A stretch of 64,000 nucleotides of DNA from Syntrophaceae bacterium (GTDB lineage: Bacteria > Desulfobacterota > Syntrophia > Syntrophales > PHBD01), in NCBI GenBank assembly GCA_013177825.1, contig JABLXX010000005.1, forward strand, positions 359,734 through 423,733. Reading direction: 5' to 3'. How positions within the stretch are numbered: position 1 is the stretch's first letter; every line of letters starts with the position of its first letter. Position numbers and translations under genes: made by a program. Positions 16,559 through 25,314 of this stretch are shown here, piece after piece. The notes below the pieces were generated by a model. It saw only the letters and a list, made by a program, of their open reading frames with translations. It ran no database searches and was not told the DNA's origin.

Positions 16559-17917
16559 TTAATCTACAAATTTTGTAGCTTTCTTTATCGCAGCTGCGTC
16601 TATGCCGTATTTCCGGATCCGGTGCCAAAGGCTCCTTTGGTTTATTCCCAGAATCTCTGCCGCCCGAACCTGAACCCCTCCCGCCCTGGTAATCGCTTCG
16701 ATGATCATCCCTTTTTCAATCTCACTGAGCCGGTCGTCAAGTGTATTTCCTTCTGTTACGGAAAATTCCTGCTTGAGTTGAATTCTGCTGCTCTCGCCTC
16801 TCACCTCGGGAGGCAGGTGCATCATTTCGATATCATTCTCTGCGATCACGGCCGCTCTTTCTATCACATTGCGTAACTCCCGCACGTTTCCCGGCCATGA
16901 ATAACCAAGTAGAACGTTCATCGCCTCCGGTGTAATCTTCTTTGCTTTTTCCTTTGCGTTCAGAAAATGATCCACCAGTGCTGGAATGTCTTCCTTGCGT
17001 TCACGTAATGCGGGGAGCCATATTGAAAATACGTTTACCCTATAAAAAAGATCTTCGCGGAAGGTTCCTTCCTTCACCATTTCACGCAGATCTTTGTTTG
17101 TAGCGGCTATAAAACGAACATCCACTTCGATCTGTTTCGTACCACCGACTCTCTCGAACACCCTCTCCTGCAGGACTCTCAGCAATTTTGCCTGCGTTGC
17201 CAGGGGCATGTCTCCTATTTCATCGAGGAAGATTGTTCCCCCATCAGCCAGTTCAAATTTACCTTTCTTTTGCGCGATTGCTCCCGTAAAAGATCCTTTC
17301 TCATGGCCGAATAGCTCACTTTCAAGAAGTCCTTCCGGAATTGCAACGCAATTTATAGTAATAAATGGTTTTTTGCTACGCGTGCTGTGTTCGAAGATTG
17401 CAGTTGCTACAAGCTCCTTTCCCGTTCCGCTCTCCCCGGAAATCATGACTGTTGATTCCGTCGGCGCCACTTTCACGATCTGGCCGAAGATCTCGCGTAT
17501 ACTCCTGCTCTGGCCGATGATTCCCGGAAATAGCTCTCTTGCTTCAACTTTTGATAGGATGTTTGTAACTTGAGACAGGACGTCTGAATATCGTTGAACT
17601 TCATCCCTCTGTTTTTTTTTCGGCACCAACTCGTTTTCAGAAGGTGGCGGCAGCAGATTGAGGCTTTCCGTCTTCTGGACGAATTCCTCGACCGGTTTCA
17701 GAATCGTCCACAAGATTAAAAATGCTACAACAAAAGTAACGGCCCCCAATGAAGCCGCCCAGATTAGTATCTGTGTAAAATCAACCGAACTCAGTTTCTG
17801 CTCATACGTGATGAGCCTGTATGTCACCAATATGCTTATGATCGGAATACCGCTGAATATCAAAGGAATGATGACATATAAGCTTACATTTATCCTTTTC
17901 CTCTGCTTGATCTGCAT
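16559..17917 (-). CDS. Sigma54-dependent transcriptional activator (bEBP) with N-terminal two-TM membrane anchor instead of a receiver domain
   Basis: The AAA+ core has GESGTGKE (Walker A), GSFTGA (GAFTGA variant) and IFLDEIGDM (Walker B). A C-terminal Fis-type HTH (AAEILGINQRSLWHRIRKYGI) is present. The N-terminal 75 aa form two hydrophobic helices. No phospho-acceptor receiver motif was seen. Confidence 0.85.
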   Translation of the reverse strand: MQIKQRKRINVSLYVIIPLIFSGIPIISILVTYRLITYEQKLSSVDFTQILIWAASLGAVTFVVAFLILWTILKPVEEFVQKTESLNLLPPPSENELVPKKKQRDEVQRYSDVLSQVTNILSKVEARELFPGIIGQSRSIREIFGQIVKVAPTESTVMISGESGTGKELVATAIFEHSTRSKKPFITINCVAIPEGLLESELFGHEKGSFTGAIAQKKGKFELADGGTIFLDEIGDMPLATQAKLLRVLQERVFERVGGTKQIEVDVRFIAATNKDLREMVKEGTFREDLFYRVNVFSIWLPALRERKEDIPALVDHFLNAKEKAKKITPEAMNVLLGYSWPGNVRELRNVIERAAVIAENDIEMMHLPPEVRGESSRIQLKQEFSVTEGNTLDDRLSEIEKGMIIEAITRAGGVQVRAAEILGINQRSLWHRIRKYGIDAAAIKKATKFVD

Positions 17918-17941
17918 GATGCGCGCACATTTTCTGTATCT

Positions 17942-19162
17942 CTATTTGGCAAGCTTCGTCATATCCCACATGGGCAGGAATACTGCGAGTGCAAAAAATC
18001 CAACGACCACGGCAAGTCCAACAACCAGGATCGGTCCTATCAGGTCCGAGAGGCGTTTGACCTGATATTCCACCTCTTCGTCGTAATGCTTGGATATGAC
18101 CCTCATCATTTCTTCAATATTCCCGGATTCTTCGCCAATTGCCACCATGTCTACTACCATGGGAGGAAAATATTTCGCCCTTCTCAGCGGCTGGGCAAGC
18201 CCCAAACCCTGCTGCATCATTTCCTGCACCCTTGCAAACTCCCTTGCAATGGCCGAATTGCCGATTGTTCCGATCAGAACCTTCATGGTCGTCAGGATCT
18301 GTACGCCACTTGATTGAAGGATGGAAAAGATGCTGGCAAACCGGGACATGGACGCCTTCTGGAAAAGAGACCCTAACAGCGGCAGTTTCAATAGAAACCT
18401 GTCTCTTGCCAAAGCACCTCGTTCTGTCTTGAAGTAATAGCGTAGACCGAAGATGATCAGGAAGACGGCTGCAATAATGATATGCCAATAGTTGTTCAGG
18501 AACTGATACAGCGTCATGGCTGCTTTCGTCGGCCATGGCAGTTCAATGCCTGCCCTCAAAAAAATCCCTACGAATCTTGGAATCACGAATGTCAGAAGAA
18601 CAACAAAGGCGATGCTCAAGGCTACCAGAACGATAATTGGATATTGCAGTGCTGCCTTCACGTCCGATCTGATCTTGTGTTCATGTTCCAGGATATAGCT
18701 CAAACGCTCCAAGACATCCGGAACCGTCCCGCTGACCTCTCCCGCATGGATCATGCTGCGGTACAGGGGGATGAAAACCTTCGGATGCTTTTCCATTGCG
18801 TCTGTCAGGGTGGCTCCCCCCTTGATGTCCATGTCCATCTGGCCGATGGCTTTCTTCAGGATCGCACTCTGAGTTTGCGCCTCCAGAACCTGAAGCAGCC
18901 TGAGAATCGGAACCCCGGCAAGAAGGAGAGTCCGGAACTGCTTGGTGAAGAGAATCAATTCCGGGGGACTGACAGAACCAAAGGTAGCGTTCAATTTGGC
19001 CATGAAGCCTTTTTGTGTGCCGGCATCCGCAGAGGTGACCTTGGCGGGGATAAAACCCCTGGCCGCAAGGATGTTATTCACCATTTCCGGTGTGTCCGCC
19101 TCGATGGTTCCGGAAACGGTCACTCCGTTTTCATTGATCGCCTGGTAGGCGAAGGTGGGCAT
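17942..19162 (-). CDS. Type IV pilus / T2SS inner-membrane platform protein (PilC/GspF/MshG family)
   Basis: 406 aa with duplicated GspF-type domains. Three TM segments are present, and conserved EESGNIEEM and LLQVLEAQ-like segments were seen. Confidence 0.9.
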   Translation of the reverse strand: MPTFAYQAINENGVTVSGTIEADTPEMVNNILAARGFIPAKVTSADAGTQKGFMAKLNATFGSVSPPELILFTKQFRTLLLAGVPILRLLQVLEAQTQSAILKKAIGQMDMDIKGGATLTDAMEKHPKVFIPLYRSMIHAGEVSGTVPDVLERLSYILEHEHKIRSDVKAALQYPIIVLVALSIAFVVLLTFVIPRFVGIFLRAGIELPWPTKAAMTLYQFLNNYWHIIIAAVFLIIFGLRYYFKTERGALARDRFLLKLPLLGSLFQKASMSRFASIFSILQSSGVQILTTMKVLIGTIGNSAIAREFARVQEMMQQGLGLAQPLRRAKYFPPMVVDMVAIGEESGNIEEMMRVISKHYDEEVEYQVKRLSDLIGPILVVGLAVVVGFFALAVFLPMWDMTKLAK

Positions 19163-19181
19163 GAGAAACCTCCCTTGGTAT

Positions 19182-20897
19182 TTATACCATGACGGATGAT
19201 GCCGCCTCTTCCAGTGTTGTGATCCCTGCCAGAACCTTGGCTGCTGCGTCTTCCTTCAATGTCCGGAGTTTACCCGCCGCTACTGCAGCTCGAGTGATGT
19301 CCTGGCTCGATTCCTTTCTCAGGATCATCTCTTGGATCATCTCGTCATTAACCAGGACCTCGAAGACACCAGTTCGTCCCCTGTATCCCGTGTTCAGGCA
19401 CTGATAGCAACCCTTCCCCCTCGTAAAATTGGCATCTCGGGCATTCTCCAATCCCCACGCCTCGAGGGCCTTGCGGGGCGGCTGATAGGATTCCTTGCAA
19501 TAGGGGCATACCGTCCGAACAAGCCGCTGGGCAAACGAAACGAGAAGGATCGAGGATACGAGAAACGGTTCGATACCCATATCGATAAATCGTGTAATCG
19601 CCCCGGCTGCATCGTTCGTGTGAACCGTACTGAAGAGGCGGTGTCCTGTCAGGGCTGCCTGAACTGCGATGGAGGCGGTCTCGGAGTCGCGGATTTCACC
19701 GACCATGATGACATCCGGGTCTTGCCTGAGAATGGAGCGGAGACCGCTCGCGAAGGTCATGCCGGCTTTGCGGTTTAGCTGAACCTGGCGGATGTTGTTC
19801 ACCCGGTATTCGACTGGATCTTCCAGTGTGATGATATGAATGTCGGGTCGATTGATTTCGTTCAGAATTGAATACAGGCTGGTGCTCTTGCCGCTTCCGG
19901 TGGGTCCCGTGCTGAGGATCATTCCGTATGGTTTCTGGCTCATGGCCTCGATCTTCAGGCGGTCATCCTCGCTCATGCCCAGGCGATTCAGGGTATAGAT
20001 TCCCGTTCTCATATCGAGGAGACGGAGCACCACGTTCTCGCCGTAGATGGTCGGCATGGAGGAGACGCGGACGTTGATCTCCCGGTTTTCCATCTTGAGT
20101 GTAAAACGTCCATCCTGAGGCATTCTTGTGACTGTGATGTCCATGCCTGCGAGGATCTTGAGCCTGGCAGTGATCGGAAGTCCCAGGGACTTTGGTGGCG
20201 AAGGCACCTCGTATAGCTTGCCGTCGATGCGAAACCTGAGCGAGATATTGTGCTGCTGGGGGCTGACGTGGATATCGCTGGCGCCTTCCCGAATGGCCTG
20301 GGAGAAGATCGAATTCACCAGCCGGATAACCGGGGCTTCCACAGCCATGTCCTGCAGGGTGGACACCTGGATATCCTGCTGGGCGGCTTCCTTTTCCTGC
20401 TCCAACTCTTCCGTTTCGATCGTGTCGAGAACCGTGCTCAAACCGGTTTGCGCGCCGTACATGGTGTTAAATAGCTGATTGAACTCCCGCTCCGTGCAGA
20501 TGACCGGCTCTACTTCGGAGTCCGCTGTGATCTCGATGGCATCCAGCACATTGATGTCCAGCGGATCGGTCAGCGCAACCGTCAGAAGGCGCCCCCGTTT
20601 CCTGATCGGGACGACCTGGTTCTTCTGTGCGAAGTCTGAAGGGATCAGGATGGCCAGGTCGATATCAATGGGGTACTGTTCCGGACGGTACTGCTCTATC
20701 TTTAGCTGACTGCTAAGCAAATCGATCACCTGGCTCTCTTGCACAATCCCCTGTCGTGTCAGATATTGCCCCAGTCTGACACCGGACTTCTTGTGCGAAG
20801 ACAGCGCCTGTGAGAGTTGATCCTCTGTGATAAGCCCGTTTTCCACCAGCAATTCACCCAATTTTTTTTTCACTCTCATGTCCGTCCCCTTTTCCAT
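19182..20897 (-). CDS. Type IV pilus assembly ATPase (GspE/PilB family, MshE-like with N-terminal MshEN domain)
   Basis: Contains Walker A GPTGSGKST, the Asp box, and a tetracysteine CPYC...CYQC. The N-terminus carries two 24-residue RLGxxLxxxGLIxxxQLxxAL-type motifs. An alternative start is the Met at 20879. Confidence 0.9.
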   Translation of the reverse strand: MEKGTDMRVKKKLGELLVENGLITEDQLSQALSSHKKSGVRLGQYLTRQGIVQESQVIDLLSSQLKIEQYRPEQYPIDIDLAILIPSDFAQKNQVVPIRKRGRLLTVALTDPLDINVLDAIEITADSEVEPVICTEREFNQLFNTMYGAQTGLSTVLDTIETEELEQEKEAAQQDIQVSTLQDMAVEAPVIRLVNSIFSQAIREGASDIHVSPQQHNISLRFRIDGKLYEVPSPPKSLGLPITARLKILAGMDITVTRMPQDGRFTLKMENREINVRVSSMPTIYGENVVLRLLDMRTGIYTLNRLGMSEDDRLKIEAMSQKPYGMILSTGPTGSGKSTSLYSILNEINRPDIHIITLEDPVEYRVNNIRQVQLNRKAGMTFASGLRSILRQDPDVIMVGEIRDSETASIAVQAALTGHRLFSTVHTNDAAGAITRFIDMGIEPFLVSSILLVSFAQRLVRTVCPYCKESYQPPRKALEAWGLENARDANFTRGKGCYQCLNTGYRGRTGVFEVLVNDEMIQEMILRKESSQDITRAAVAAGKLRTLKEDAAAKVLAGITTLEEAASSVMV

Positions 20898-22460
20898 TTA
20901 TAGCTGAGAGAAAAATACCGTGTCGGACTCCCACTTTCCGTTCAATACTTTAACTCCCGATCGGATCGAAGGTGGGAGTTTCCGGATATAGATGATCGCC
21001 GATGCCTCATCGATGAAATGCTCTCCCGATACAACCGAAAACACGGTTCCTTCACGACTGTTCCAATAGGCAAGCATCTTCAAGTCTGTGATCTGTTTCT
21101 GCCGGTCACGCAGAATCCTGTAGGCTTCATCCAACGTATGCCCGCTTGCGATCTGGACCCAGACACCTTTGTTGGCAGTTGGATTCGCGGCCTGAACGGC
21201 GGGGAATTGAAGGACCTTTCCCGCCGGCACCCGGTTCAAATTCTCAATGTCCGGGTTCGCTTTCTGAAATGCCTGGTAGATTCCCAGGTTCCACTGGCCA
21301 TAGACGTCACTCAGGATCCACCAGACCGTTCCTCCTTGACTGATGGCAATGCGACCGAGCGTTACCGGTATTTTGGCAGCCTCCACGAGCTTTTCTGCAG
21401 GAGGCTGCCTGGAAGCTTCCGAAGCCACTGCTTTAACGGGCGGATTGACAGCCACGACCGCCTGCGCAGGTTGAGAAACCTCCGGGATCCGTGCAATGGA
21501 TTGCTTCTTCGCGTCAACGCCGAAGGTTCTCACGAGGTCCGGTGCCTGGATCAGCAGACCGCCGACAATCAGCAGCATCAGAACGGCAAAAGCCACCTTC
21601 AGCGTCTTGCCCCGGAACCGGTCATACATTGCAAGTCGCTTTGCACAGGCCCAGACAAGGGACGAGTCCGCTTTTGCACGATTCTGAATGATGAGAGCCA
21701 GAAGGACTTCATGGCATAGCGTAATGATCTTCCGAGGAAACCCGCCCGTGGCAAAATGTACGGCCCACAGAGCCGGTCGGGTAAAGAGCTTCGGGATCCC
21801 ATCTTGACCGCTGGCCCGGGCAATCCTGAATGTAACCATGGCCTGGGTCTGCCGGAACCGGAGGGGCTGGAGGCGATACAGGAGGTTGATCCGATCCGTG
21901 AAATTGGGATGATTCTTCAGGATCTCTTCGAATTCGCTCTGGGCGAAAATGACAATCTGCAGGAGCTTGAACTCGTTTGTCTCGTAATTTAGAAACTCCC
22001 GGAGAATCTCGATGGAGGTGGACGACAGCTTCTGTCCCTCATCGATGATCAGGACAGTGATCTTCCCTCCGTCCACTCCCTGCTGATACAGGTAATTCTT
22101 GATGTTCTCCCGGAGTTGCCACTCCGTAACCGGTCGTTCCGGGATCCCGAGTCCGAATGATTCGGATATCGTGGTCAGACATTCGATGGCGCTTCCGAAA
22201 TCGGGGTCCAGTATGAGGTGAGTGGCAATCCTGCCCCTGTCTTCATCTGACGACCCCAGGCGCTGGATCATGCGTCGGCACAGGGTGGTCTTGCCCGTCC
22301 CGACGTCACCAATGACAACATTCAGGCCGCGGCGCAGGCGGATGGAGAGTTCCAGTCGCTGGAGGCACCCCAAGTGCTGGTCGGACTCGAAAAAAAAATC
22401 CGGCTCCGGCGAGTTGGAAAAGGGCTCTCTCTTAAGATGTAGGATCCTGAAGTAGTCCAT
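20898..22460 (-). CDS. ExeA/GspA/MshM-like AAA+ ATPase with C-terminal LysM-like and SPOR-like peptidoglycan-binding segments
   Basis: The N-terminus MDYFRILHLKREPFSNSPEPDFFFES and Walker A GDVGTGKTTLCR are typical of ExeA/MshM. A central TM segment is present. The C-terminus contains a FimV-type LysM-like stretch (GGTVWWILSDVYG...NPDIENLNRVPAGKVLQFP) and a SPOR-like tail. Confidence 0.7.
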   Translation of the reverse strand: MDYFRILHLKREPFSNSPEPDFFFESDQHLGCLQRLELSIRLRRGLNVVIGDVGTGKTTLCRRMIQRLGSSDEDRGRIATHLILDPDFGSAIECLTTISESFGLGIPERPVTEWQLRENIKNYLYQQGVDGGKITVLIIDEGQKLSSTSIEILREFLNYETNEFKLLQIVIFAQSEFEEILKNHPNFTDRINLLYRLQPLRFRQTQAMVTFRIARASGQDGIPKLFTRPALWAVHFATGGFPRKIITLCHEVLLALIIQNRAKADSSLVWACAKRLAMYDRFRGKTLKVAFAVLMLLIVGGLLIQAPDLVRTFGVDAKKQSIARIPEVSQPAQAVVAVNPPVKAVASEASRQPPAEKLVEAAKIPVTLGRIAISQGGTVWWILSDVYGQWNLGIYQAFQKANPDIENLNRVPAGKVLQFPAVQAANPTANKGVWVQIASGHTLDEAYRILRDRQKQITDLKMLAYWNSREGTVFSVVSGEHFIDEASAIIYIRKLPPSIRSGVKVLNGKWESDTVFFSQL

Positions 22461-22530
22461 AGCGCACTACCGCCCGTACATCCGTGTACGAGCGGCCCGT
22501 GGTTGATATCCCGATGGATGAGACTTCTGC

Positions 22531-24237
22531 CTACTTGACCGGTTTTGTATCTTTTGTTTCCACCTTCCATGAATCAACGCTGGAGGTCTTCTGGTACTGT
22601 GGCAGAATCTTCGGGGTCACGAAGACAAGCAGCTCTTCCATGGCATCGCTCTTGTTGTCGCTCTTGACGAGCCACCCCAAGACAGGAACGTCCTTCACCC
22701 ATGGAAGCCCGGTATCCCGATTGTCAACTCTCTGTTTGCTCAAGCCGGAAATGACGATGGTTTCTTCATTACGGACAATCAGGTTTGTTTCCGTCTGCTT
22801 TTTGATAATGAACGGGTAGCCCGATCTCGTGGTCCGAGTGAGATCCACTTCATTTTTCTTGACGTTGATTGACATCTTCAGGTGAACATCATCAATCACA
22901 TGGGGCGTAATTTCGAGCCGCAGGACCGCATCTTCCCAGTTAACCGTCGTGGTGGAAGTTGATCCTGTGGTGCTGGTCGTTTCGTAGGGAACCCGCTCTC
23001 CGCTTTCCGTATAGGCCTTCTGGTTGTCCAAGGTCGTGATTGACGGGCTCGAAAGGATGTTGACCTTGCCGTCGGTCTGGAGAGCATTGAGCTGAAGTTC
23101 CAGGATATTCCCGCCGATGGTTCCATACATCAGCCCGAGAGCGCCAAAGCCTCCGGCTGCATTTGAAAGGGCCGTACCGGGAAAATTCAATCCTATGCCC
23201 TGTCCGGACAGCCCGTAGCTTCCGATATCTCCGCCAGTTCCCCCCGATCCGAGAGGATTATACCCGCCGGCTATGGGGTTTGTCGGCAACGTGCCCACCG
23301 TATTGGTTCCGCCGGGAGTGACCCAATAGCTCTCTTTGCCGAATGTATTCTGATAGCCGCCGCCCCATTGAACACCGAGACGCCGGGCAACATCCTTCGT
23401 CGCCTCTACAATATGTGCCTTGATCAGAATCTGCGGGGTAGGCTTGTCGAGCCTTTTGATGATGGGGATCATCTTTGTCAGGTCGTCTCGAATGGCCTGG
23501 ATGATCAGGGAATTCGTATGCTTGTCCAATTTTACGGAACCGCGGAACGTCTTGCCGTCCTTTTCCTTCGTCAGGAAGGTTTCAAGATTTTCCCTCAAAC
23601 TGTTTGCGTCGGCATAATCGACCGGCACAACCACGTTCAGGAGAGGTTCGACCCGTCGGACATCGCTCTCCTGGGTCTTTCGCTTGAGGTCCTGCTCCTT
23701 GTCCGCTTCGGTCATGACCCGGATGACGTCCCCTTCCCAGACGTAGCTCAATCCGTGCGTATTGAGGATGCTCTCGAACGCCCGGTCCCAGGGAGTGTTG
23801 TGGAAATCGACGGTGATGTCCCCCTTGATGTCGTTTTTCACCAGGATGTTCCGGTTCGCCGCCTTGGCAAGTGACCGGATTACCGCTTTGACCTCCGCCT
23901 GGCGCATCTTCAGGTTGACTTTCATCTTGGGGAGATGGCGCCCTGCCGTCGCACGCACCTTTTCATCAGCCAGGCGAGCCTCTTCCTTGGCCACGAGTTC
24001 ATCGAGATCGAACTCACGAACCCTCGGCGTCGGCGAATTCCCCGTTGATTTCTCCGATAGGGTCTGCCACTTTTCAAAGAAGGGGTCCTGCTTGACGTTC
24101 AGAGGCTTTGAGCAGCCCGTCAGGGCGAAAACAAAAAGCAGGATGAAGGCGAACCCGAATAAGGAGCTTCTCATCCCGGGAGCCAGGCTCCTCGGAGCTT
24201 TTTCCGCGATCCGATCATTCCTGTATGAGAACATCAA
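22531..24237 (-). CDS. Type IV pilus secretin (PilQ/MshL family), lipoprotein
   Basis: A lipobox (FALTGC) is present. Secretin N-domains are followed by a C-terminal secretin core ending VPVLGWLVKSDNKSDAMEELLVFVTPKIL. AAGGAG lies 9 nt upstream of the ATG at 24234. Confidence 0.85.
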   Translation of the reverse strand: MMFSYRNDRIAEKAPRSLAPGMRSSLFGFAFILLFVFALTGCSKPLNVKQDPFFEKWQTLSEKSTGNSPTPRVREFDLDELVAKEEARLADEKVRATAGRHLPKMKVNLKMRQAEVKAVIRSLAKAANRNILVKNDIKGDITVDFHNTPWDRAFESILNTHGLSYVWEGDVIRVMTEADKEQDLKRKTQESDVRRVEPLLNVVVPVDYADANSLRENLETFLTKEKDGKTFRGSVKLDKHTNSLIIQAIRDDLTKMIPIIKRLDKPTPQILIKAHIVEATKDVARRLGVQWGGGYQNTFGKESYWVTPGGTNTVGTLPTNPIAGGYNPLGSGGTGGDIGSYGLSGQGIGLNFPGTALSNAAGGFGALGLMYGTIGGNILELQLNALQTDGKVNILSSPSITTLDNQKAYTESGERVPYETTSTTGSTSTTTVNWEDAVLRLEITPHVIDDVHLKMSINVKKNEVDLTRTTRSGYPFIIKKQTETNLIVRNEETIVISGLSKQRVDNRDTGLPWVKDVPVLGWLVKSDNKSDAMEELLVFVTPKILPQYQKTSSVDSWKVETKDTKPVK

Positions 24238-24730
24238 ACTTCACTCCTTCCAGTTTTTTTTCGATAACCACTTTAGACTTGTCGATAGCCCTCAACACAT
24301 ACCCCTCTTCCACCAGCGGTTCACCCGCAAAATATTCAACCCCGTTGATGATGGCCACCTTCCTCCTGCCCGAGTCCAGGTATCCGGTATAGGCAAAGGT
24401 GATCGTTTTGCCGGCCTCGGCAGCCTTGGCCTTCACGAAGCTTTCCTGAAGTGAGGCGTATTCAACATAACCGGCACGCTCAAAGAAAGGATCCCTTCCC
24501 CATGGCGTCTCAGCCCGAATGGCGGCGTAAACCTCAAATTCCCCGGCCGCATCCGCGCTCAAACCCGTATTCACATCGGACACGAATTTCTTGACGTCCA
24601 CGGCGGGGGCTGCCATCTCGGCAGGGCCTTTCGTAGCCAGCCTGGGTTTGAGAAATTCATAGGCGCCATAGAGAATGGCTAAAACCATGAGGGCCAGGAT
24701 AACGATCTGTCTTGTGTTCAGTTTTGGCAT
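24215..24730 (-). CDS. GspB/PilP/MshK-like secretin-associated protein (single N-terminal TM)
   Basis: 171 aa with an N-terminal TM and a DPF motif. The C-terminal segment RRKVAIINGVEYFAGEPLVEEGYVLRAIDKSKVVIE resembles the T2SS-B/PilP beta-domain. It overlaps the secretin start by 23 nt. Confidence 0.4.
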   Translation of the reverse strand: MPKLNTRQIVILALMVLAILYGAYEFLKPRLATKGPAEMAAPAVDVKKFVSDVNTGLSADAAGEFEVYAAIRAETPWGRDPFFERAGYVEYASLQESFVKAKAAEAGKTITFAYTGYLDSGRRKVAIINGVEYFAGEPLVEEGYVLRAIDKSKVVIEKKLEGVKFDVLIQE

Positions 24731-24767
24731 CGTCCGCCCGCTCGCTTCCTTAAGATTATGAGGGTTC

Positions 24768-25310
24768 TCAGCTTAATGCAACCATGAGGCTCATTTTCAG
24801 TTCAAGCCCGGTCTGGGATGGCCTAACCTCAATCGCATCGAATCGCTCGACGTAGGACAGTCCTCCGAGGGCCGTGATAAAATTACGGAACTGGGGCATC
24901 CCGCCACGCACAATGACAACCACCGGTGCAATTTTCGCGTCCCCGGGTATGGACCCGAGTTCCGGATTGACGGACATGACCTCCAGTTGAGAAGCCCGGG
25001 CCAGCCCCTTGACGGTTACGGCAGCCTGATCGACCTGCTCTTTTGACAACCTGGTACGAGCCGGCATCGGCAGGGTTGTAGGTATCTTTTTGTCGGACAT
25101 CTTCTTCTGAAGCACCTGGTACAGCGGTCCCAGCTGTTCCTGTTCTTCGATCTTCAACACCAGGTCTTTCTCCTTGCCATCGAGTGAGGTCAGGAAATAC
25201 CCCATCGGCAGGAGGACGATGATGATAATGAGGGCAACCACACCAAGGCAACCAACCATATACCTGAAGCTGCTCTTGGGCATCCGAAAGGTTTTTTTCT
25301 CTTCTTCCAT
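24768..25310 (-). CDS. PilO/MshJ-like pilus biogenesis protein
   Basis: 180 aa with an N-terminal TM, then a coiled coil, then a ferredoxin-like C-terminus. It sits between the PilM-N fusion and the PilP-like gene. Confidence 0.5.
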   Translation of the reverse strand: MEEEKKTFRMPKSSFRYMVGCLGVVALIIIIVLLPMGYFLTSLDGKEKDLVLKIEEQEQLGPLYQVLQKKMSDKKIPTTLPMPARTRLSKEQVDQAAVTVKGLARASQLEVMSVNPELGSIPGDAKIAPVVVIVRGGMPQFRNFITALGGLSYVERFDAIEVRPSQTGLELKMSLMVALS

Positions 25311-25314
25311 GCCT

